DNA of 64,000 bases. Source: Blastocladiella emersonii ATCC 22665 (lineage: Eukaryota > Fungi > Blastocladiomycota). The DNA lies in contig JANHCV010000009.1 of assembly GCA_025594325.1 (NCBI GenBank), forward strand, positions 496,001 through 560,000, given 5' to 3'. Made by a program: the position numbers and the translations under genes. The notes below the pieces were generated by a model. That model was not told the origin of the DNA. It saw nothing but the letters and a program-made list of their open reading frames with translations, and did no database searches. Shown in pieces: positions 20,478-30,744 of this stretch; position 1 is the stretch's first letter, and every line of letters starts with the position of its first letter.

Positions 20478-21018
20478 TTATCCCGAGTGCGCATAAGAGG
20501 AATATATTCTCAGCTGTAACTTTAGCGAAGCTGAGTTTCTGTGGGAGCAATTGAAACCTATCAGGCACATCAACCTTGCTCTTGTGGTCACATGAGTGGC
20601 TCAGTGACCGTTTTCGATTTTCGTCGCGCGACGAGTTCCGTTGTTTTTCGCTTTCACTTCATTCCGACCCCTGCAACGTAAATCTGGACTGTGCTTTGCC
20701 TAGTCCCCAACGGTTCGAGGCTGTTCACTTTGAGGGGAGCGAGGTCCTGTGCAGCGGTTCCCGTGCGCAGGCGCGACGAGACGGACCTCGCTCGAAACTG
20801 ACTGTTCAGCATCACGTGACCTGACATCAATCCTGTCTGGCTGCATTTTCGCGCCCTCGGAAGCTCTCCCACTCCACGCCCGCTCGCTCGCGCTTGCCGC
20901 TGCTCGTCGACGCTCTTTGAGACCTCCTGTGCTGACCAGCTCTTTACCCGCCACTCCTACCCCATGCAGCGCTTAATACTTCGCGATCCGGCGTCTGCCT
21001 GGCCGCCATGCGGCCACA

Positions 21019-21024
21019 TATAAA
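21019..21024 (+). promoter_or_regulatory. TATA box upstream of ATG 21078 (CAACACCATG)
   Basis: TATAAA about 55 nt upstream of an ATG in a Kozak-like context. Confidence 0.45.
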
Positions 21025-21289
21025 GGCGCGCGGGCCGCCGCTGACAGCCCTTGCTCTCCTCCACCACTCGCAACACCATGAACTTCTCTCCCACGTTCTC
21101 GCTGCGCTGCTCGTCGCGCTTCACGGTTCTCTCCGAGCTTCTGTCTCCGCCGTCGAGCCCCTTCCTCTTCTTCAACATCGAGATCCCCGTCCGCTACTCG
21201 CCTGGTGTTCCCCTCATCAACGCCAACGCCTCAACCGATCCGCTCGGCTTGCTGCAGGCCACGGCCGTCGCGTACCGCGGCAGCCTGCT

Positions 21290-22306
21290 CGTCGGCAAAC
21301 GACGCCAAGCTTACAACGGTGCTCCAAGACCTCCGAGACAGCAAGGTTACAGACGCGGTCAATGCGTTCATCGCGGAGCGCGACATTGCCAAGGTTATTC
21401 CAGGCATGGGCATTGACAACAACGACTGGCGCGACGCGACTTTCATTACCTCGACAAACAAGCTTCGTGACACATGGAATGATCGTGCGGCAGCCACACA
21501 TATGCGCGACTTGGGCATTCGCGACGACCAGATTGTGACGGATCAGGCCAGCGTGGATTTCTCCAACCCAGATTCGCTTCGACCAGCAAAGTGAACTGCA
21601 AGCGGGTCCAAGAAGCAACACGAACCGGCGATTAGCGATGCATTGATGCAATCGTTGTTCGCGCGCATCAAAGAGCTTCCCCCAAAGCAACTTGATCACA
21701 TGCCACACGTGATTACACTCTTTCCCGGTGCGCGAGTCATTGTTACAAGGAACGTCGCGACCAGGTACGTTTTATTGCACACAGGTAAATCCGCGCCGCT
21801 CACCAGCTAACGATTCATGATAACAGCATCGGAATCGTCAACGGGATGATGGGTAAGGTCGTTGTCGGCTTTGCTGTCGATGAAGACGGCCAGATCAAGG
21901 CTGTCATTGTACAACCCGACCGCGACCTTCAGCGAATCCCAAAACTCAATGGAATCAACGAGTTGGGTGACATCCCCATCAAGCGCGAGACAATTAGCAA
22001 GATGGTCACCATTGACGGCAAGCGGTGGACCTTTTGGCGATCGCAGTTCCCCATTGAGCTGAGCTACGCGATCACGGCGCACAAGACGCAGGGGATGACC
22101 CTGAACAAGGTCATTGCCGACTTCGGCGACCCCAAGCTCCCGCATCGTTTTCCTGCCCGGTACCTGTACATGGTCCTCTCTTGAGCGCGCAGGACCGAGG
22201 ACATCCTCATCATCTGGTTCAACAGTTGGGTTCTTGTGCAGAAGGCATTACAGCACGTGGCGAAGGACATGGAGCGACTGTCCCTGCTGAGCAGGATTGA
22301 GAATTG
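21290..22306 (+). pseudogene. PIF1-like (Helitron) helicase C-terminal half, with one intron and two in-frame TGA stops
   Basis: FITSTNKLRDTWN; TLFPGARVIVTRN|IGIVNGMMGKV; QFPIELSYAITAHKTQGMTL; YMVLS*AR (motif VI). Intron 21765-21826; stops at 21592-21594 and 22182-22184. Motifs I-III are absent. Confidence 0.88.
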
Positions 22307-22410
22307 ATAAACTACTTCACTTTCACCAACTGAAACAGTCTCAAGAAGCCAAGTAAAGCTACAGCTGAGACCCAAGTGTGTGCGCAGCACACACACCTAG
22401 TATCATCTGC

Positions 22411-23206
22411 TTACATGACCAGCATCCCCGCCACCGCGCCGGCCGCGACGACCGCGACAACCGCGCTACTGCCCTTGGCGCCAGCCGCCGCGCTATCGAG
22501 AGTTGGCGCGCCTGTGGCCGAGGCGCCCGCGGTACCCGTACGCATACGCATCGTGCCACCAGCCGTCCCGGTGCGCATCCCGGTGCCTGTACGCATCGCA
22601 GCAGTACCCGTAGCCGTCGCGTTCGGGTCGCGCGTGCGCGTCGCGGGCATGGTGCCCGTCGCCGTCGGCTGCATGGTCCCTGAGCCCGTGCGCAAGCCCG
22701 TCTGGGACCCCGTCGCCGTCGTGGTCGGCGCAGGCGCATCGCCCTCGGTGACCTTGAACGCGGCCGAGAACCGCGGGACGGCGTCCGCGGGGGCGTCGGC
22801 GAAGACGAACCGGATCGCGTAGTCGTTGCCGAGCGCGAGCGTCGCGGGGACGGTGACCGAGGCGGTGCCGGCCGCCGCGTCAACGTTGCGCGCGAGCGTC
22901 GCGACGATGTTGGCGTCGGTGATGTTCTCCGGGTCGCCGTTGACTGCAGGCGGGCGAGTGGGTGAGTGGAAGGAGGATCACGGAGCGGATCAGATGCTTG
23001 AGAGCGAACGTACTCTGGACGAGCTGCAGCGTGCCCTTGACGCCCTCGGGCGCGGCGCCCGTGGCAGCGTCGTACGTCCACGACACGGTCTGCGTCGAGC
23101 CCGTTGCCCAGCCCGTGACGGCGGGCGTGTTGACGGTCACGTCAGCAGCGGCCACGGCGGACGCGAGAGCCAGGACGAGCGTGAGGAGGGCGGTCAGGCG
23201 GGCCAT
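22411..23206 (-). CDS. Secreted Ser/Thr-rich, probably GPI-anchored protein (Kre9/Knh1-like N-terminal Ig fold), copy 1; exons 23206-23014, 22943-22411
   Basis: Signal peptide MARLTALLTLVLALASAVAA; W..GSTQTVSW...L.L and Y.IRF pattern; Thr/Gly-rich stalk; hydrophobic C-terminus; intron 23013-22944. Confidence 0.8.
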
Positions 23207-23628
23207 GGTGATTTCGAGTGAGGTTGAGGACGTAGAGAGAGGCCGGCAGGAGACGGCGTCTACGGCTTTCAAGGTGCGCGAGGGCGAGGCTGTTGTATGG
23301 CGTGGAAAGGAGGGAAGGTGCTCCGATCAGATTTGGCGATGCGCTGTTGTTCGCGACCGCGTCTGATTGCCGGCGATAGGAAGCGTGGACGGCTCCAGGT
23401 GCGCGCGCCGTTTTCCGTGTTCCGCCTGCGAATGTTGAGCGCGCGAGTCAGCGACGCGTCCATGGCCATCACGGCGGTGAACGCGTCGTGGCCACGACCG
23501 CGACGAGCACGCGACGTTCATCACGATCGGACGAAGGGCCCAATGCTTGGACGCCAGACGCGTGTGCACTGGCACGGTCAGCCAGGAGCTCAGCTCCTCG
23601 TAAGAGAAACTCCACATATATCACCTGC

Positions 23629-24389
23629 TTAGACGACTAAGAAACCCGCAGCCGCCGCGCCAGCGACGATCACGGCGGCCGCGGCACGGCCCATCTCGCC
23701 CACGGGAGCAGCTTTCACGAGCGCCGGCGCAATCGTCGCCGTGGCGCCAACGCGCGTGCGTTGCGGGAACAGCGTGTTCTCCCAGGCAGTGACAGTGCCC
23801 GTCGCTGGCACCGCCGTTGGCGTCGCACTTGAGTCGGGTGTACGCGTGGCCGCCTGCGCGGCACCCGTAGCCGACGGCTACATTGTGCCCGTACGCGATC
23901 CCGTCGTCGCGGCAGGCGCCGTCCCGCTACCGCCAGTGATCTTGAACGTGGCCGAGAACCGCGGCGCGGCGCTGGCGGGCGCGTCAGTGAAAACAAACCG
24001 CAGGGCGTAGTCGTCGCCCGATGCGAGGTCGGCGGGGGCCGTGATGGCCGCTGACCCCGCGGCCGCGTCGACGACGCGTGCGAGTGTCGCGACCACGTTG
24101 TCGTCGGAGATGTTTTCCGGGTTGCCGTTGACTACGAGATGGGTGGGTGGATGTTAGATCACGGAGCGATCAGCCACGCGAGCAGGGTAAACGTACTGCG
24201 GAGAAGCTGCAGCGTGCCCTTGGCGCCCTCGGGAGCAGCACGCTTGGTGGCGTCGTAGCCCCACGTCACGGTCTGCGTCGAGCCGGCGGCCCAACCTGTC
24301 ACCGCAGGCGTGTTGATGGACACGTCGATGGCCGTCGCGGCTGACGCGAGGGCGAGGACTAGGGCGAGCAGGACGGGTAGGCGGTTCAT
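23629..24389 (-). CDS. Ser/Thr-rich GPI-like protein, copy 2 (tandem paralog); exons 24389-24197, 24131-23629
   Basis: MNRLPVLLALVLALASAATA; same domain and same intron position (24196-24132) as copy 1. Confidence 0.8.
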
Positions 24390-24902
24390 TGTGATGCGAA
24401 AGACGATGTTGATGCCAAAGGGAGAGCGCGGAGCAGCTTGTCTCCACGATGGCCAACGCATCGAGCACGCTAGTATCACGGGTGTGGCAAGCGTGCGGTG
24501 TGCTCATCTGACACTGTCTCTGTTAGCGACCGACCCAGCCTCCCTCGCCCTCAGAGCTCGATGTGCGGTGGGGTGCGGTGACGCCGTGGCGCCATGGCCA
24601 TGACGGCGGCCATGGATGCGCCGCGCCTTCACCGCCGGTGGCGCGGCGCGGGGAGCGACCAAACGACCATCGGCAGCTATGCATGTGCTACATTCAACGA
24701 TTATAAGCGTCGTTTCATATGCCCCTCCTCGAGAGGAGAGGAGGGGAGGAGCACGGTCGTAAGGTCGGCGCGTCGTCCGAGTGGCGCACGGCACGCGATT
24801 CGGCGCCGATGCCCGTGTTGGTCGCTTTCTCCGACCCCGCCTCTTCTGCGATGCATCTTTGACCTCAGCAGCCCACGACTTGCTGCAACCTAGACCACAT
24901 CC

Positions 24903-25971
24903 ATGAACCACCTCAAGTCCCTGTTGCCGCGGGGCCTCGCCTTCACCCGCCTCACCGCTGCCGCCTCCCCAAGTCGACCACCGCTGCTTATGCGTTCCAT
25001 GGCGCAACTCGCCGCGACCGCGCCGAAACGCGACCCGACGACACCTCCCGTGCTGATCCCCACCGACTCCTCCGCGCTTCCGCCGTCGTTCCCGCACGCG
25101 GCGGCGTTCCGGACGTACGCGTCGGCGGCGCTGGTGGCCTCGGCGACGCCGCAGTCGCACCGGTTCGACACGTACCGCATGGTGACGTACCTCGAGTCGC
25201 GCGGGTTCACGCGCGGCCAGGCGGTGATTGTGATGCGCACCATGAACGAGCTGCTCGCCGACGCAGTGCACCGCGCGTACGGCGAGATGGTGAGTCGGAC
25301 TGATGTCGAGAACGTACGTTTTCGGGAAGAGGTCCGTGCGACGCTAACCCGTTGGTGCAACAGGAAACGTACCTGACGAAAGCCGCGCTGGCCGAGCTGG
25401 GCACCGAGCTCAAGATGCTGCGGCAGAACGACCACGCGGCGCTGCAGTCCGAGATCGACGCGATTGCGCGGGACCTCGAGGTGCTGCAGCAACGCGGGCG
25501 CGACGACATTGCGACCATCAAGAGTGACATTACCATCGACCTCAACAACCGCAAGTCCGAGATCCGCGAGGAGGGCAAGGTCATGGACATGCGCATCCAG
25601 GAGGTCAACAACAAGCTCACGGTCCTGTGCTCCGACATCAAGACCGAGATCGAGAGTATGAAGTTTGACGCTACCAAGGACGTCATGGGTACGCTCCGTC
25701 GTTGCGCGTTCCGGCGGCTTTCGCTGACACTCGTCGTCGCTGTGTAGTTCGGCTCTTCTTCGGCGCCCTCGTCCTGCTCGTCGCCATCACGGGCCTTAAC
25801 ACCTTCAGCAAGAACGGCAACGGGTCCAACGGCAACAGCGGCTCGAGCAAACCCAAGTCCTCCTTGGGCAACAATGGTAACGGCGGTAACGGCAACAACG
25901 GCAGCCCAACATCCGCCGAGACCGTGATCATCATGGACGCGGGCTCGCACAAGAAGTTCAACCTGCTCTGA
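24903..25971 (+). CDS. DUF1640 / CCDC90-MCUR1-like mitochondrial coiled-coil membrane protein; exons 24903-25313, 25364-25688, 25748-25971
   Basis: HRFDTYRMVTYLESRGFTRGQA motif, long coiled coil, C-terminal TM helix, Arg-rich presequence-like N-terminus; two in-phase introns. Confidence 0.88.
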
Positions 25972-26085
25972 CCCCTCCAACCAATACACGCAAGATAGAT
26001 GAACATTGCAAATGGCATTGCGCGTGTATGAGAAACTTAGTTGAACATGCATGAATGATCGTGACCCCTCCTTTCCCTCCCAACC

Positions 26086-29000
26086 TCACTGTACCAGCAC
26101 CTTGACCACGGCCTTCCAGACAGCCGCATTCGACCGCCCGTCCAGCACCTCGACGACCCAGCTCCCCGCGTGCACCGCGCCCGGCGTCCCGCGCAGCACC
26201 CCGCCCGACCCGCGCGCCACGTCCACGTCGATGCTGAGCCACGGCGCGGATACCTGGACCTGCGTCGACGTCGCGAGCGGCATCAGGAGGCCGAGCGCCG
26301 ATGTCGCCGACGGTGGCGGATCTTGCACGCCGGGCGACGGCGGGACGACCGCGGCAGCGCCAGCCGAGCCGGCCATGGACAACGTCTGGAACCGGTTCGG
26401 GTACGTCATCCGCGCCGCCTCGCGCGCGCCGGTCCCCGCGGGCTGCACGTACACCTCGGGCACGCCCGCGCCGATCCCGCCGCGCGAGTGCACGCTCGCG
26501 TCGCTCCCCGCGGGCGCCGGGAGTAGGCCGCGGAGGTCGGTCCCCGAATCGCCCACCGGCGACGCGTGGTAGCTGCCGGGCAACGGCGACCCGCCGGCCG
26601 ACGACGACGGCGTCGCGGGGCCGAAGCGGGACGACGAAAGCGACGGCCCACCGGCGCTCGTGATGCGCGTCAGGACGCGGTCCGGGTCGAGCCCGCCGGG
26701 CAGCGTCAGGATGTACCGGAACGGGATGTCCGTGTACGCGATCAAGTGGCGCACGGCCACGTCGCACAGCGGCGAGAAGGGCGGGCTCAGGCCGAGGCCG
26801 AGGCTGAAGGAGCTGTTGGCCGAGGCGCTGTACGCGGACGTGTTGGCGGCGGCAGCCGCGGGGGCGGGGACGGGGAGTGGGGGAGGGGGAGGGCGACTAG
26901 CCGTGTCGACGGTGAGCTGGAGCGCGGGCCCGGGGCCCGAGCGGCGCGCGAGGAGCGACGAGGACGGCGGGGACGTGTTCGCCGAGGTCGACTCGGACAC
27001 CGTGGTCGTCGTCGCGCTGCTGCCGGTGGTGGTGCCCTCGGACGACGAGTACCCGCTGCTGCTGCTGCTGGCCGTCGCCGTCGCCTCCGACTGCTTTGCG
27101 TACGCGTCGAGGAGCCCGCTGAGCAGCGCGGCCGACGACTGCTCCGGCTCCGACGCCGAGGTCGGCGGCTCGTCGTTGGTGTGGTACACCGACTCCTCCT
27201 CTTCCTCGTCCGAGTCAAACTCGGACAGTTCGCTGCTACTCGTCATGACCCGCGGCGACGAGGACGACATCTCATCGAGCGACGTCTGCTGCGAGTCCGA
27301 CCGCACGAGGATCCCGTCGACGGGCTCGCTGAGCGGCGTGGTACTCTGGTCGGAGCTTGTGGACGCGGCCGTCGACGACACGTCGGGCGAGTCGCCGTAG
27401 TTGAGCGCGGCCGCGAGCGCCGACGACGCGGACATGGCGGCGACGAGTGCCGGCGCGGGGACCGGTGACCCAGCGCCAGCGCCAGTGGCGCCGGTGGCGG
27501 CAGCGAGCCGCGCAGCCTCGGCCTCCTGCGCGATCAGCCGCTCGCGCTCGACGCGCGCGAGACACTTGCGCAGGAGCTCGCCGCGGACGGTCGGGAGGCG
27601 GCCGAGGGACGACGACGGTGTGGGTCGCGGGCCCACGGGAGGGGTGAGCGACGGCGGGCTTGAGATCGGGTCCATGGACGTGGACTGCGTCGTGGTGCGG
27701 CCGGCGTCGCCGCCGCTGCCGCTGCCGCTGCCGTTGCTCCCCTTGCGCGTGAGCACGGTGCAGTCGACGATGCTCGCCTCGAACGACTGCATCCCGAGAT
27801 CGCACCCGCCGTCCGCGAACAGCATCGGGCGCGATGCCGTCGGGGCGTACCGCACCGCCGCGTTCTTCGGCCCACTGCTGCCGCTCGAGGTGGCGGGGGT
27901 GCTGGCCGTGGGGTCCGACGACGCGAACATGTCGATCTCGTGCTGCTGTTTCGGCGGAATCGGCTCGTCGTCGTCGACATCGACAACGTGCGACGCCGCG
28001 TCGTCCGCGTGCGCGTTGCCCGAGTCGTCGTCGTCGTGGAACTTGTGCGGCGAGGCGGCCGCGAGCGGGTGGACCGACGCCGACCCGCTGCCACCCAGAC
28101 TCCCGCGGACCGAAACGGGCGTGGCGTCGGGCGCGACGGACGCGGGCCGCGACCGGCTGCGGAACGACTGGATCGACCCGCGGAAGCTGAGCAGCGAGCC
28201 GTCGCGGCGCGGGCGGCGGCCGCCGGTGGTTGGAGGGTGTGCGGGGTGCGTCACGTCGACTGAGCCTACACGTTGACAGTGTGAGCGAGAAACCAAGGTC
28301 ACAGCAGGAACTGCAACCGTACCCATACTCGTGGTCGCCGTCGTCGCGCCGGTCCCCGGCGGAATCGACTCAAAGTACATATCGCTCTTCCGCCTCCCAC
28401 CCGCGGTTCCCCCACTCCCATCCTTGGCAAACGGCTTGTAGTACAGCACCAGCGCGACGAGCGTGACGGCGAACCCGGCCGCGCAGATACACGCGACGGT
28501 GATAGCGAGGACCGAGTTGGACTTGGCATCGGCAGCCGCGCTCGTCCCACCGGCTGTCGCCGCCGTCGCGCCATTTACCGTGAGCGCGACCGTGACATCG
28601 GCCATCCCGCCGAACGTGTCGGTCGCCTGGATCGTGATGACGAGCGGCGCGGCGCCCGCGGCGGGCGTCCCCGAGAACGTGCGCGACGCGGGGTCGTACT
28701 TGAGCCACGCGGGCGGTGCAGGGCTGCACGTGTACGTCATGGCGGCGAGCGCGGCGCCCGCGGGCAGCGTGAACAGGTCGTCGGGGACGCGCCACGCCCA
28801 CGGTGCCGAGTCGTTGACCGCGAGCGCAACACACGCCGCTGCCGGAGTCCCCAGCGCCGCGCAGGCCGCCGGGATCGCGAGCGGGTCGTGGCCGTCGACG
28901 GCGAGGTGCACGCGGACGGATGCGGTCGCGTTGACGACGTCGGTGGCCGTGGCGACGAGCGTGACGCTGCGGGACGCGGTGCCGGTCAGTACCCCTTCGT

Positions 29001-30006
29001 CGTCCGACACGGCGAGCGTGCCGAGCGCGATCTGCCCCGGCGCGGGGGCGATGGAGACAGACAGCGGGTCGCCGTCCGGGTCGTCGAACAGCGACGCGAG
29101 CGTCGCGTTGATGCTGGCGCCGCGCGGGACGACGATCCGGATCGTCGTCGCGTTGCGCGCGCGCGGCGGGCGGTTGCCGAGCTTGAGCGTGAACGGCTCG
29201 ACGGGCCCGCCGCGCCACCCGGGCACGTTGGACGCGGCGAGGGCGAGCGCGCGGTATCCCGGCTCGGCGGCCTGGACGGCGAGCACGCGCGCGGCGCGGT
29301 CCCACCGCAGCCACGCGGGCAGGTCGAACGTCATGGAGTCGTACAGGTCGTAGGCGACCGGGTAGCTCGCGTTGGGCGAGATGAAGGTGGTCGCGGAGAT
29401 GGCGGGCAGGGTCGTCGGGGTGTCGGGCGACAGCGGCAGGTACAGGACGCGCGTGCCCGTCTTGGGCATGCGCAGGACCGCGGCGCCCGCGGGCAGCACC
29501 CGGTTGCGCGACATGACCTCGAGCTGGTACATGATCGGGTTGATCAGGTCCGGCGGCGGGATCGTGGTGATCGGGATCGTCATGGGCACGACGAGCGCGC
29601 CGTCGTCGTCTTCGGGGTGCGCAGCGGACGCCGTCACGTTCAGCAGCATCATGGCCACGGGCACGCGCTGCAGCATGCCGAGCACGGGCACGTTGGATGC
29701 CGAGAACTGCAGCGTCGCCGTATCGAACGAGAGCCATGGCGGCAGCGGGGCCACCGACACGAACACGTTGGCGGAGCCCGCGGCGTCGAACGTGTCGCGG
29801 TGCAGCGCGAAAAAGTACGGCGCGCTGGTCCGGATCGGCGGCACGAACTGCGACGCGAGCGGGTACCGCAGCGCGGGTTTCGGGCTGGCCGCGGCGGGCG
29901 CTGGCGCGGCGAGGAGGAAGAGGAGGGCGAGCGCGAGGACGAGGGATACGTCGGCGGCGAGACGGTGTCGCCGGCGGCGACGGAATGGCGGCGGCGTCAT
30001 GGTCAT
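26086..30006 (-). CDS. Axl2-like type I membrane protein with dystroglycan-type cadherin (CADG/He_PIG) repeats (1306 aa)
   Basis: Signal peptide; LPPWLSFD, LPAWLRWD and PPAWLKYDPASRTFSGTP repeats; TM helix VLAITVACICAAGFAVTLVALVLYY; Ser/Pro-rich tail. Confidence 0.8.
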   Translation of the reverse strand: MTMTPPPFRRRRRHRLAADVSLVLALALLFLLAAPAPAAASPKPALRYPLASQFVPPIRTSAPYFFALHRDTFDAAGSANVFVSVAPLPPWLSFDTATLQFSASNVPVLGMLQRVPVAMMLLNVTASAAHPEDDDGALVVPMTIPITTIPPPDLINPIMYQLEVMSRNRVLPAGAAVLRMPKTGTRVLYLPLSPDTPTTLPAISATTFISPNASYPVAYDLYDSMTFDLPAWLRWDRAARVLAVQAAEPGYRALALAASNVPGWRGGPVEPFTLKLGNRPPRARNATTIRIVVPRGASINATLASLFDDPDGDPLSVSIAPAPGQIALGTLAVSDDEGVLTGTASRSVTLVATATDVVNATASVRVHLAVDGHDPLAIPAACAALGTPAAACVALAVNDSAPWAWRVPDDLFTLPAGAALAAMTYTCSPAPPAWLKYDPASRTFSGTPAAGAAPLVITIQATDTFGGMADVTVALTVNGATAATAGGTSAAADAKSNSVLAITVACICAAGFAVTLVALVLYYKPFAKDGSGGTAGGRRKSDMYFESIPPGTGATTATTSMGTVAVPAVTLVSRSHCQRVGSVDVTHPAHPPTTGGRRPRRDGSLLSFRGSIQSFRSRSRPASVAPDATPVSVRGSLGGSGSASVHPLAAASPHKFHDDDDSGNAHADDAASHVVDVDDDEPIPPKQQHEIDMFASSDPTASTPATSSGSSGPKNAAVRYAPTASRPMLFADGGCDLGMQSFEASIVDCTVLTRKGSNGSGSGSGGDAGRTTTQSTSMDPISSPPSLTPPVGPRPTPSSSLGRLPTVRGELLRKCLARVERERLIAQEAEAARLAAATGATGAGAGSPVPAPALVAAMSASSALAAALNYGDSPDVSSTAASTSSDQSTTPLSEPVDGILVRSDSQQTSLDEMSSSSPRVMTSSSELSEFDSDEEEEESVYHTNDEPPTSASEPEQSSAALLSGLLDAYAKQSEATATASSSSSGYSSSEGTTTGSSATTTTVSESTSANTSPPSSSLLARRSGPGPALQLTVDTASRPPPPPLPVPAPAAAAANTSAYSASANSSFSLGLGLSPPFSPLCDVAVRHLIAYTDIPFRYILTLPGGLDPDRVLTRITSAGGPSLSSSRFGPATPSSSAGGSPLPGSYHASPVGDSGTDLRGLLPAPAGSDASVHSRGGIGAGVPEVYVQPAGTGAREAARMTYPNRFQTLSMAGSAGAAAVVPPSPGVQDPPPSATSALGLLMPLATSTQVQVSAPWLSIDVDVARGSGGVLRGTPGAVHAGSWVVEVLDGRSNAAVWKAVVKVLVQ

Positions 30007-30744
30007 GGTGCGCTCGTGGTCATTGCAAGTCTCGAGATGTAGGGTGTGGCGCTACACGAGGACGGTGGGAGTGAGGTCCGAGTGCCGAACGTCGCGCGGG
30101 GTGCGCTTGAGTGTACCATGGTCTACCGGCCGGCCACGTGCGTGGTGGTGGTGCGCGCGGCGGTAGGTGATGCGACCTCACGCGCGCGCGTGCAGCGGAG
30201 GAGCAAGTCGTGTGTGTGCAAGTGTGTAGAGAAAAAGTCGGTCGCCGCGGCGGTTGGTCACGCGTGCGCGGACAAGCTCAGGGCCGCGGATGCGCAGCGG
30301 ACGGATACAGCGCGAGCGCGTGCGCGAGTGGAGGAAAATGTGCGAGAGGGAGGGGAGAGGGAGGAACTGAGGGCACTTTCCTAGACGAGGTGCTGGCTCG
30401 GGCCGCCGAAGATTGCTTGTTCTTCCTCCTAGCGGGCGGGCACGCGTCGTGTGTGCGGGCATGGTCGGGGCGCGCGTTTCTGTTCCGTCGAGTGTGGGGA
30501 GGTGTGCGTGCAGGAAGAAACAAGAACGCCTGGGCCCAGGCGATCGGCGCGGAGCGCGGGAGGAGGGAGACGACGCGTCCCGCGACGGCAGCACGCGCGC
30601 GACGCGTCGCTCGCGTGATCAAAAGCGGATTGTGAGACAGGTTGCACGTGAGGCGTCTCCCACTTCGAGAGGTTCATTCAGGGCAGCGTATATTAAACCC
30701 GTCCGTCAGGGGAGCGGGAAAGTCAGCGACGAGAGGGGGAACAG

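Larger units (their letters stand above)
20561..22400 (+). mobile_element. Degenerate non-autonomous Helitron (5' boundary tentative)
   Basis: Contains a PIF1-family helicase remnant. Ends in hairpin GTGTGTGC-GCA-GCACACAC (22376-22394) followed by CTAG (22397-22400) and a T. A|TC at 20560/20561 is only a candidate 5' end. Confidence 0.7.
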
